A DNA stretch of 64,000 bases from NCBI GenBank assembly GCA_051252135.1, contig JBPOGH010000004.1:1-64000 (forward strand), read 5' to 3'. The DNA is from Verrucomicrobiaceae bacterium. Its GTDB lineage: Bacteria; Verrucomicrobiota; Verrucomicrobiia; Verrucomicrobiales; Akkermansiaceae. Below are positions 37,712-49,364 of this stretch, piece by piece (position 1 is the first letter of the stretch; each line of letters starts with the position of its first letter). The notes below the pieces were generated by a model that saw nothing but the letters and a program-made list of their open reading frames with translations, did not search any database and was not told where the DNA came from. The position numbers were made by a program, and so were the translations under genes.

Positions 37712-39094
37712 TTAGTTCTTTGCGGTTCCTCTGAAATCGTAGCAGATGAGGCGGGTGGGGGTGCCATCGAAGCCCTTGGTGTTTTCGGTAATGTATAGGA
37801 GGCCCCGGTGAATGACGGGTGGAGTCCAGGTCTCCCGGGCGGTGAAGAGGCGGGTGCGCTGAATGATTTGAGGTTTTGTGGGAGAAAGCTTTAGCTCGGC
37901 AAAGCTTCCATCTTCTCCGAGAGAGAAGATGCGCTCATGGGTATGGATGAAGGACCCTCGGAAAAGTCCGGTGACACGTCCTTCTTCTTCCCAACGCAAA
38001 TCGTCTTCCCATTGAATCTTTCCAGTTTTTAGATCGATTGCTTTGAGTTGGGTATCGGGGATGTTTCTTCCGGCAAATCCATAAAGGTAAGAATCGATCA
38101 ATTGGGGCACCATCATGTGCATTCCGAACCAACGTTCGGTCCAAACCGGGGAGGGTTGGAGCTTTTCATCGAAGGAGAGAAGGACTCCACCTTTTTCATA
38201 ACAATCGGAAATGAAGATTTGATTATTGGGGAGGGCGGTGGGAGTGGAGGCGAGGACGGATTCGTAGATATCGGCCCGCCAGGGGAAGCGGGAGTGGAGT
38301 TTGCCTGAGGCGGGATCGAGGATGAGGAGTCCTCCGTGCGGGGGGCGGGATTCTCCGGCGGCGATGACGGCGATGATGTCCTTTCCGTGGAGGGTGGCGG
38401 TGATGGGGGAGGCGTAGGAGGCTCCCCAGATGTCCTCGTGGGTCCAAAGGGTTTTTCCGTTGGTGAGATCGAAGGCGGCGACGCAGGTGCCCGAGGTTTC
38501 ATTTTCCTTGCCGCCGACGTTGATGATGAGGCGGTCCTTGTGGACGAGGGGATTGGGTCCGTATCCGAAGAAGTATTGGGGGATGCTGAATTCTTCGGTG
38601 AGATCGCGTTTCCAGAGAACTTTTCCGGATTCGAGGTCGAGGCAGTGGAGCATGGCGGTGACTCCGATGAGGTAGATTTTTCCGTGGTGGACGACGGGGC
38701 TGGAGCGGGGGCCGGAGGAGAAGCCGTAGCGATCGCGGTATTTGATGGGGTAGGAGAAAGTCCAGTAGCGCCGGCCGGTCTCGGGGTGGAGGCAATCGAG
38801 GGTTTCCCGGGAATCGGGGGCGTGGAAGTGGAGGAGGCGGCCATTGGCGATGATGGGTGAGGCGTAGGAAGGTCCGCGGGCGAGTTCGAAAACGGGAGTG
38901 AGTCCGTCTTTGAAGTCCTTAAGCAAGGGGGCTTCGTTGGTGGTGCAGTTATCGTGGGGGCCGAAGAAGCGGGGCCAATCGGAGAAGGTGGCGTTCTCAG
39001 CGAGGGGTTTGGGTGCTTTGTGGAAGGTGAGGCCCTCAAAGGTGGATTGGGCGGCGAGGATGCCCGGGATGAGGAAGAGGAGGAAGCGGACCAT
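37712..39094 (-). CDS. PQQ-like beta-propeller repeat protein
   Basis: DWPRFFGP, YASPII, GPRSSP, LHCLDLESGKVLWK, TWTPPVI; start ATG 39094. Confidence 0.85.
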   Translation of the reverse strand: MVRFLLFLIPGILAAQSTFEGLTFHKAPKPLAENATFSDWPRFFGPHDNCTTNEAPLLKDFKDGLTPVFELARGPSYASPIIANGRLLHFHAPDSRETLDCLHPETGRRYWTFSYPIKYRDRYGFSSGPRSSPVVHHGKIYLIGVTAMLHCLDLESGKVLWKRDLTEEFSIPQYFFGYGPNPLVHKDRLIINVGGKENETSGTCVAAFDLTNGKTLWTHEDIWGASYASPITATLHGKDIIAVIAAGESRPPHGGLLILDPASGKLHSRFPWRADIYESVLASTPTALPNNQIFISDCYEKGGVLLSFDEKLQPSPVWTERWFGMHMMVPQLIDSYLYGFAGRNIPDTQLKAIDLKTGKIQWEDDLRWEEEGRVTGLFRGSFIHTHERIFSLGEDGSFAELKLSPTKPQIIQRTRLFTARETWTPPVIHRGLLYITENTKGFDGTPTRLICYDFRGTAKN

Positions 39095-39163
39095 GGGGTG
39101 AGTTTGGCCGGAAACGGGGGAGGTGGCATTAAAAAAGCCGGAAGTCTTTTGATTGCAGGGTGA

Positions 39164-42340
<3,177 letters not shown>

Positions 42341-42356
42341 GGGAAACCGGAGGTTC

Positions 42357-42393
42357 AAAAAAAGCGGCTTTGGATAGAATCCAAAGCCGCTTT
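42357..42393. terminator. terminator between convergent genes
   Basis: AAAGCGGCTTTGGAT-AGA-ATCCAAAGCCGCTTT perfect stem with flanking A/T runs. Confidence 0.9.
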
Positions 42394-42427
42394 AGTTTGT
42401 TGGGGTTTGCCGGGGGGCAAATTGTTT

Positions 42428-44356
42428 TTATTCCTTGATTACGCGGTAGAAGCGGGCAGCGCCGCTGCTGGCGAAGGTGAAGGTTTTGGTGGTGGCATCG
42501 GAATCGACGCCGTCGATCTCTTCGAGCCAGAACTCGAGATCGCTGGATGATTCGATGCGGTAGGTGGCGCCTGGCTCGGAATTCCAGGTGAGGGAAACCA
42601 TGTTCGAGGCATCGAGGATGATTTCGCTGATGGTGACCGGACCTGAGCTTGGGCTACCTCCGTTTGAGATGTTGAGTGAGTCGAGGCTGACCGGGCCACG
42701 TCCGATGCTCCAGTTGATCGCGGAGAAGAGAACGTAGAATCCTTTTGAGAATTCGTCGTCCAATCCTGCTTCGGCGTAGGTGGCGGAATGGAGTTGGTTT
42801 TCACCGGCATACCAAGTGTATCCAAGATTGGTGAGGACGAGCGAGAACTCCTGATTGTCGTTTTTCCAATCCCAGTCCGAGATGTCGACATTGACAGCGT
42901 CGATAGGGTTGGTGTCAGCAGCCTTGGAGTCATTGGCGTGATAAGCGATCGCGGATACGCCGTCCAAGCGGCTGGCGCCCATAGTGGCAACGTCGAGCCA
43001 GATTCCTCCGGTGGTATTCTGCCAAGCCTGAAGGCTGTAAGTCTGCTGTTCGAAGGCGCTGGCGATTCCCATCATGGGGCGAAGGGCGGTGTCGGCATCG
43101 TTTTCGACTTCAATATCAGCAGGCCCGAGGTTCCAGGTGATGGTGGTCGGGGAGCCGGCCGGTGGGATAGGAAAGACATTCTTGGTGACCACCTCGCCGT
43201 GGCCCCAATCGCCGCCATCATTCCCCCAAGTGACGAGGCTGTCTGCGATGGAGTAGGTTTTGTTACCGATGTGTCTCCAGTTTTCCTCGTTGAGGAAGTC
43301 GGTGTCGAAGTCATCGAAGAAGTTGGCTTCACTGAGCGGGGGAGCGGGTTGGACGTTCACGACGAGTTGGCGGACGTTATCAGCTTCGCCTGTTTTACTC
43401 ACGGTGATGGTGTAAATGACCTGTGTGGTGGCTTCCACCTCGGGGGCGGTGACGGTCACGCTGCCGGTGCCGGCGGTAGTCTGTGCGGTGACATCGCCAA
43501 TTTCCTGGTCGATGGAGACCGCGGTGGCTCCGGAATCGACGATCCACTCGAGGTCAAATTTTTCGCCGGCGCGGACGGGGTTTTTGGCGGCGCTGAATCC
43601 GGTGATGAGACCGGAGGGACCTTGTCCGTTGGTGACCGAGATTTTTTCGAACGACATGGTTCCCGAGCCGTTGTTGAAGTTCATGCCCATGGCGATGATG
43701 CGGAAGCCGTTTTGGAATTCGGCGTCGATACCGGCATCGGCCCAGGTGTGGGTGTAAAGTTCGGTGGTCCCGTCATACCAGGTGTATTGGGTATCGGTAA
43801 ATTCGAGACGGAGGGTTCTGCTTTCGGTCAACCAGTTCCAGGCGATGTCAACGCCGCCAAGGTTGAAAGCTTCGCCGCCGGCGTTCTTAGTATCATCCGC
43901 ATAACGGGCGGAACCGGAGACATTGGCGGTATCGGCAGGGTTGATGACATCGAGGTCAATCCAGATGCCGCCGGTGGAGTTCCAGTAGTGCTCGGGATTG
44001 TCGTCCGGCTCGTTATTACTATCGAGGCCGATTTGGTAGCGGATGGACTGACCGATGTCGTTGGTGACGGTGGAAGTGCCGATAACCCACTCAACGGTGG
44101 TGGTTTGGCCGGGTTCGGGGAGGAAGAACCGTTGTTGGGATTTGATGTCATAGCGGCCCCAATCGCCCCCGTCATCGTTCATGAGCAGGCGACCTCCGGT
44201 GACTGAAGCGGTCTTGGGTCCGGCGGACTCCCAGACTGCGGTGTCGAGCTCCGAGCCATCGAATTCATCGACGATATCGATGGCATAAACCGACGATATT
44301 GTCAGGCCGCACAGGGCGGTCTTGGACAACTGTGATAATATTGCATTAATGTGCAT
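42428..44356 (-). CDS. secreted protein with a tandemly duplicated beta-rich domain
   Basis: signal peptide; two homologous domains (NDDGGDWG/NDGGDWG, TGGIWIDL/TGGIWLDV); C-terminal YRIESSSDLEFW...FYRV. Confidence 0.85.
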   Translation of the reverse strand: MHINAILSQLSKTALCGLTISSVYAIDIVDEFDGSELDTAVWESAGPKTASVTGGRLLMNDDGGDWGRYDIKSQQRFFLPEPGQTTTVEWVIGTSTVTNDIGQSIRYQIGLDSNNEPDDNPEHYWNSTGGIWIDLDVINPADTANVSGSARYADDTKNAGGEAFNLGGVDIAWNWLTESRTLRLEFTDTQYTWYDGTTELYTHTWADAGIDAEFQNGFRIIAMGMNFNNGSGTMSFEKISVTNGQGPSGLITGFSAAKNPVRAGEKFDLEWIVDSGATAVSIDQEIGDVTAQTTAGTGSVTVTAPEVEATTQVIYTITVSKTGEADNVRQLVVNVQPAPPLSEANFFDDFDTDFLNEENWRHIGNKTYSIADSLVTWGNDGGDWGHGEVVTKNVFPIPPAGSPTTITWNLGPADIEVENDADTALRPMMGIASAFEQQTYSLQAWQNTTGGIWLDVATMGASRLDGVSAIAYHANDSKAADTNPIDAVNVDISDWDWKNDNQEFSLVLTNLGYTWYAGENQLHSATYAEAGLDDEFSKGFYVLFSAINWSIGRGPVSLDSLNISNGGSPSSGPVTISEIILDASNMVSLTWNSEPGATYRIESSSDLEFWLEEIDGVDSDATTKTFTFASSGAARFYRVIKE

Positions 44357-44536
44357 TCACCTAGGGTGATGCATTTTCAGAAAAAATAAAGGTGTAAATT
44401 GGGTAGGTGAGATTTTTTTTGATCGGGGCTCCGGGGGTAATTGGAGAGGAGGACGGTGTAGAGGGATTCGTGACCGGAGGGGTGGGCGATTTTTTTCGCG
44501 CTTGCGGATGTCGGGATCGTTTGTGAAGGATCCCCT

Positions 44537-45883
44537 GTGATGTTTCTCCGCATAATTTCCGCTATTGGAATTGCTTCGTGCCTGTATGGGCAGGAGCCGG
44601 GAGCGGTGTCTGATCGCAGTGAGACGAACGGGGGGCAGTTGGTGGTTCATGGGGGGACGCCGTCGCTTCGGGCGGAGATCATTCAGGATGGAGAGCGGAT
44701 ATTCTCGGAAATTGATGGTTTGGTGGGGGCGTTGGGAGGGAAGGCGCATCCGACGGTGGTGGAGATTTTTCCGGCGGAGCCGGGGAAGCCGGGGGCGATG
44801 AGGAGGGAGTTGTTTTCGCTTCCGGAGCAAGAGGACGGGGGATTTCGGTTTCAGATTTATCTGCGGATGCTCGATGGGCAGCGGTATGACCGGAAGGGGT
44901 TGAACCGGTTGATGCTGGAGTTGTTTTTGATTGAGCGGGGGATTCGGGGCCGGAAGGCGGGGGGGCTGGCGCCGGAGGTGTCGCTTGATCCGTGGTTGGT
45001 GGATGGGATACAGGAGGCACTGGCGTGGAAGGCGAAGAAGGGGGATCGGGTGGTTTACAAGGCGTTGAGAGACCAAGGTGGGTGGATGCCGGTGGAGAAG
45101 ATCATTGAGCAGAAATCGTTGGACGAGATGGATGCGCTGAGTCGGGAATTGTTTCGGGCGTCGGCGGGGGCGTTGACGATGGCATTGCTGGCGCAGCCGG
45201 AGGGAAAGGGGTCGATGAATGCCTTTTTGCTGGAGGCCTCGGAATTCCAGGGGGAGCCGCTTGAGTTGTTGCGGAAGCATTTTCCGGATATCAATCTGGG
45301 GCGTGAGGGACTGGAGAAGTGGTGGCTGTCGCAGGTGGCGGCGATGGCGGCTCCGGGGGTGACGCAGACGATGACGATTCCGCAGACCGAGAAGGAGCTG
45401 GGGGAGGCGCTAAAGCTGTATCTGACTGACGAGGAGGGAAAGCCGGTGATATACGGGCTGGAGGCGTGGCGGGAGGTGATGGCGCTGGAGAAGAATGAGG
45501 ATCGGCTGGCGGCGGTGAGTCATGCTTCCGATTTGCTGACGAACCTGAGTTACCGGTGTTTCCCGACGTATCGTCCGGTGGTGGGGGGGTATTTGAAGTT
45601 CCTTTCCGATTTGACGGGTGAGAAGCGGGATCATTTGCCGGAGGTGCTGGATAATCTGGAGATGTTTCGCGAGGCGGAGAAGCGGCGGCATGACCGACTG
45701 ATTGATTTGCTGGATTGGTATCATCTTTCCACGGTGCAGGAGGAGAGCGGGGAGTTTGATGATTATTTGCAGCTGAAGAAGGAGCTGGAGAAGGTGGAGG
45801 TACCGGATGATGATCCGATTATCAGGTATGTGGATGAGGCGCAGAAGCTGTTTGAGAAGCGGAAGCAAGTGGAGGGGTTATAA
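44537..45883 (+). CDS. hypothetical exported protein
   Basis: 448 aa ORF with native codon skew and signal peptide; PWLVDGIQE faintly resembles a degenerate peptidase MA-like motif. Confidence 0.8.
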   Translation: MMFLRIISAIGIASCLYGQEPGAVSDRSETNGGQLVVHGGTPSLRAEIIQDGERIFSEIDGLVGALGGKAHPTVVEIFPAEPGKPGAMRRELFSLPEQEDGGFRFQIYLRMLDGQRYDRKGLNRLMLELFLIERGIRGRKAGGLAPEVSLDPWLVDGIQEALAWKAKKGDRVVYKALRDQGGWMPVEKIIEQKSLDEMDALSRELFRASAGALTMALLAQPEGKGSMNAFLLEASEFQGEPLELLRKHFPDINLGREGLEKWWLSQVAAMAAPGVTQTMTIPQTEKELGEALKLYLTDEEGKPVIYGLEAWREVMALEKNEDRLAAVSHASDLLTNLSYRCFPTYRPVVGGYLKFLSDLTGEKRDHLPEVLDNLEMFREAEKRRHDRLIDLLDWYHLSTVQEESGEFDDYLQLKKELEKVEVPDDDPIIRYVDEAQKLFEKRKQVEGL

Positions 45884-45937
45884 TCCGGAGGGTTCTTTCT
45901 CATCGCTCCGATGGGGAAAGGTGGTAATTTTGGGGCA

Positions 45938-46564
45938 ATGGATCTGCTGACACAACTCGGGCTCGCCTTGGGCTTTGCGACTCTTTCCGGAATCAATCTC
46001 TATCTGACCGTGTTTGTGACGGGGATGGCGGTGAGGATGGGATGGGTGGATTTGGCGGCGGCGCACGAGCAGTTTACGATCCTGGGTGATCCGATGATTT
46101 TGGGAGTTTCAGGGGCGCTGTTTTGTATTGAGTTTTTTGCGGACAAGATTCCGTGGGTGGATTCGACCTGGGATGTGCTGCATACGGTTGTGAGGCCGGT
46201 TGGGGGGATTTTGCTGGCGCTGACGGCGCTGGGTGAATTGGACCCGGCGATGAGTGTGGTGGCTGCGTTGCTTGCGGGAGGGGCCAGTTTGGCGACGCAT
46301 AGCTTGAAGGCGGGTGGGCGTTTGTTGGTGAATTTGTCCCCCGAGCCGGTATCGAATGCCGTGGCGAGTCTGACGGAGGATGGGCTGGTGCTGGGAGGGT
46401 TGGGCCTGATGGCGGTGGCTCCGGTGGTGGGATTCTTTGTGTTCCTGGCTGTCTGTATCGTGGCGGTGGTGCTGACGACGAAGCTGTGGAAGAAGATTTG
46501 CGGCGGGTTGGCAGTTCTTAGGAGGAGATTCCGTGGAGGAGATCCCGGACTGCCGAGCGTTTGA
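45938..46564 (+). CDS. DUF4126 membrane protein
   Basis: SGINLY, EFFADKIPWVDSTWD..HT..RP, SPEPVSN...SLTED. Confidence 0.88.
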   Translation: MDLLTQLGLALGFATLSGINLYLTVFVTGMAVRMGWVDLAAAHEQFTILGDPMILGVSGALFCIEFFADKIPWVDSTWDVLHTVVRPVGGILLALTALGELDPAMSVVAALLAGGASLATHSLKAGGRLLVNLSPEPVSNAVASLTEDGLVLGGLGLMAVAPVVGFFVFLAVCIVAVVLTTKLWKKICGGLAVLRRRFRGGDPGLPSV

Positions 46565-47507
46565 GGGCGAGCTCGCGCCATTCGTTGACGAGGCGTGATT
46601 CCTCGATGACACCGCAGCCGCTGGGGAGGAGGTAGTTGTCATCCTGCCAGGCGATCATGCGGATGGCGACGAGGGCTTCGAACTCTCCGTCGCGCATGAG
46701 TCCGAAGGGGGCTCCGAAGGTGGAGGGGCAGCCGAGGCGGGAGCGCCATTCTCCGAGGAGGGCCATTGTTTCCGGGGTGCGGGGCAGGGGGCCGAGGGCG
46801 GGGGTGGGGTGGAGGCGCTCGATGAGCGTCCGGATGGGTTGGTGCTTGTAAAGCTCGACCTCGATGAGGGTCTGGAAGTGGATGAGTTTGCCGAGGTCGA
46901 TGATTTCGCGCTCGCGTTTTTTGACCATGCCGAGGTCGGAGAGTTTGGCGATGAGGGTTTGGGCGACGAACTCGTGCTCGCGGATTTCCTTTTCGTCGAC
47001 GGCGAAGAGGCTGGCTTCATCGCTGCGGGCGGTGCCGGCGAGGGCCATGGTGTGGATACGGCCATCGAAGTAGCGGAAGAGGACTTCGGGGGTGGCGCCG
47101 AGGAAGCCTTCGTTTTGCCCGATCCAGCCGTAGGGGCGCAGGCGGTCGGGGGTGTGCCGGAGGCGGGAAAGGAGTCCTTCGGGGGAACCGGAGGTGGCCT
47201 TTCCGGTGGCGGTGACGACGGGGACGGATTTTTCGATGGTGCCGCGGTGGATGGCGGCGGTGACCTCACGGAAGACCCCGGCAAAGGAATTGGGTTCGGG
47301 CTCGGTCCAGGCGATCAGGAGGGGATCGGCTTCCTTGGGGGTGAGGGTTTCGACGTGGTCGGGGATGTGCCAGGGGGTGGCGTTTCCGAGGGCGAAATCA
47401 TTGCGATAAAAAGCCACCCCGGAGAGAGGTGGCTCGGCTTGGCTGGTAAAGGGACCGTGTCCGACGAGGATGTCGCCTTCTTTGGTTCCGAATACCGCCC
47501 GATCCAT
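46518..47507 (-). CDS. menF: chorismate-binding enzyme, isochorismate synthase-like
   Basis: GATPE, MALAGT, KEIREH..V, LHPTPALG, GCGVI..S....EW.E...K. Confidence 0.7.
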   Translation of the reverse strand: MDRAVFGTKEGDILVGHGPFTSQAEPPLSGVAFYRNDFALGNATPWHIPDHVETLTPKEADPLLIAWTEPEPNSFAGVFREVTAAIHRGTIEKSVPVVTATGKATSGSPEGLLSRLRHTPDRLRPYGWIGQNEGFLGATPEVLFRYFDGRIHTMALAGTARSDEASLFAVDEKEIREHEFVAQTLIAKLSDLGMVKKREREIIDLGKLIHFQTLIEVELYKHQPIRTLIERLHPTPALGPLPRTPETMALLGEWRSRLGCPSTFGAPFGLMRDGEFEALVAIRMIAWQDDNYLLPSGCGVIEESRLVNEWRELALKRSAVRDLLHGISS

Positions 47508-47514
47508 GGTGGGC

Positions 47515-48279
47515 TTATTCTACCACACCGTTTTTGATGAGGTCGGCAAAAGAATTGACCTCGAGTGCGGCTCCTCCGACGAGGGCTCCATCGATGTCCT
47601 TCTGACCGAGAAGCTCGGCGGCGTTGTCCGGCTTGACGCTGCCACCGTATTGGATGCGGATTTTTTCGGAAACGGAGACGCCGTAGAGGTCGGTGAGGAC
47701 GGAGCGGACGAACTCGTGTGCGTCTTGTGCCTGCTGGGGAGAAGCGGTGACGCCGGTGCCGATGGCCCAGACGGGCTCGTAGGCGATGACGGTATCGAGC
47801 ATTTGCTTCTCGGAGACGTCCTTGAGGCCGTCGGTGATCTGGGTGCGGAGGACGGACTCCAGCTTGCCGTCTTCACGCTCCTTGAGAGTCTCGCCGATGC
47901 AGAAGATGGGCTTGAGCTCGACCTCGTGGGCTTTGAGGATCTTGGCGTTGATGATGGCGTCGGTCTCGCCGTAGATGGAGCGGCGCTCGGAGTGGCCGAG
48001 GATGACGTAGTTGACGAAGATTTCCTTGAGCATGAAGGCGCTCACTTCACCGGTGTAGGCTCCGTTATCGTGCTCGGACATGTTCTGTGCCGAGACGCGG
48101 ACGCGGGACTGGGAAAGGAGTTCGGTGGCCTTGACGAGGGAGACGAAGGGAGGGGCGAGGACGATGTCGACTCCTTTGGGGAGGTCGGCGAGCTTGTTCT
48201 CGAATCCGCGGATAAAGTCCTCGGTATCGGATGGTCCTTTGTTGAGCTTCCAGTTGGCGGCGATAATTGGCTTCCTCAT
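47515..48279 (-). CDS. tpiA: triosephosphate isomerase
   Basis: AANWK, GHSERR, AYEPVWAIGTG, YGGSV, DGALVGGA. Confidence 0.98.
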   Translation of the reverse strand: MRKPIIAANWKLNKGPSDTEDFIRGFENKLADLPKGVDIVLAPPFVSLVKATELLSQSRVRVSAQNMSEHDNGAYTGEVSAFMLKEIFVNYVILGHSERRSIYGETDAIINAKILKAHEVELKPIFCIGETLKEREDGKLESVLRTQITDGLKDVSEKQMLDTVIAYEPVWAIGTGVTASPQQAQDAHEFVRSVLTDLYGVSVSEKIRIQYGGSVKPDNAAELLGQKDIDGALVGGAALEVNSFADLIKNGVVE

Positions 48280-48361
48280 GTCGGACCCGCCTTAGGGGCT
48301 GGGGGGGCTTTGGGCAAGCGGTTTGTTGCTGGGGGGCGGGGCGTTTAGGTGGGGTGAGGGA

Positions 48362-48634
48362 GAAATCCTAAATTCCAGATGAGGAAATTCTAAACAAATT
48401 CGAAATGAGAAATTTCAAATTGGAAACCTTGGTTGGGGGGGAGGGGTGGAGGATGAGGATTTGCAGGTGTGTGGGAGTTTGAGCGGTTGGCTTTTGGCTT
48501 TTGGCTTTTGGCTTTTGGCGGTTGGCTTTTCTGGTTGAGGAGCTTGGTTGGGGACATATTTAACCACAACCGGAACGGAGTGGAGATGGCCGCCAGGCAA
48601 ATGAACAGGGTGGAGGGGATGGCTTGGTTGGGGG
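48362..48634 (+). repeat. intergenic mosaic array 4
   Basis: AT-rich AAAT-period block 48362-48427; linker 48428; GGCTTTT heptamers 48483-48530; linkers 48531 and 48542; AACCACAACCGGAACGGAGTGGAGAT module; linker 48621. Confidence 0.85.
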
Positions 48635-48654
48635 CATGGAGGACTGGGTGGCCG

Positions 48655-49164
48655 TTAGTCTCTGTTGTAGGTGGTAGTTCCGGAGGGGAAATCGATTGTC
48701 AGGGTGGGTTCGGTGAGGGACCAGGGGGCGGTGACGGTGGGTTCGTAGGGTGGGTCGAAGGTGAGGATGCCGGCGTTTTCGCTCAGGAGAGCGCGTATTG
48801 ATGAGTCGCTTATGGTGTGGGCGTCGAAGGTGTATTCGCCGGAATACACAAAGCCCGGCCAGTGGTAGGTGTGGGTGCCGTCAGCACGGAGATTCCATTC
48901 TTCGGAGGGGTCGTCTTCGAGGTGCCAGACTCCGGGGAGGTCGGCGGGGTCTCCGAAGACGCGGTTGTAGCGGGTTCCCTTGTGAACGAAGGTCATGCCG
49001 CCATCGAGGAGCTGGTAGGGGATATCGATGTTGTGGACGTAGTAGCGATCGTTGTCTCGTATTTCGTAGCGGAAGGGGTTGCCCGGGATTTTCCAGAACC
49101 CGATGAGTTCGGGGGGGAGGGTTGAGGGGGTGGAGTTTGATTTTTGAGGCCGTGCAAAATTCAT
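48655..49164 (-). CDS. hypothetical protein with internal repeats
   Basis: PELIGFW...YEIRDND and ADLPGVW...WNLRADG repeats (lipocalin-like GxW pattern); start ATG 49164. Confidence 0.7.
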   Translation of the reverse strand: MNFARPQKSNSTPSTLPPELIGFWKIPGNPFRYEIRDNDRYYVHNIDIPYQLLDGGMTFVHKGTRYNRVFGDPADLPGVWHLEDDPSEEWNLRADGTHTYHWPGFVYSGEYTFDAHTISDSSIRALLSENAGILTFDPPYEPTVTAPWSLTEPTLTIDFPSGTTTYNRD

Positions 49165-49364
49165 AAACTTTGGAGAATGACTGATATTCAAACTAGTGGG
49201 GGGAGGAAAAAAGAACCAACTGTTTTTCCAATAGTAGCGATGATTGCAGGGGAGCGGCCCTTGTTCCCGGTTGAGTGTCCCGTCCTCCTGACTTGACTCG
49301 CCGAAGGTGTAGGTGTTTGAATTGGAATCTGTTTTTTTGATGAACCTGTAAAATAGAATAGATT

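Noticed and set aside
46518..46564. Convergent 3' overlaps (46518-46564, 52717-52732, 24562-24569)
   Set aside because: Short tail-to-tail overlaps are common in compact GC-rich genomes and there is no sign of special function.
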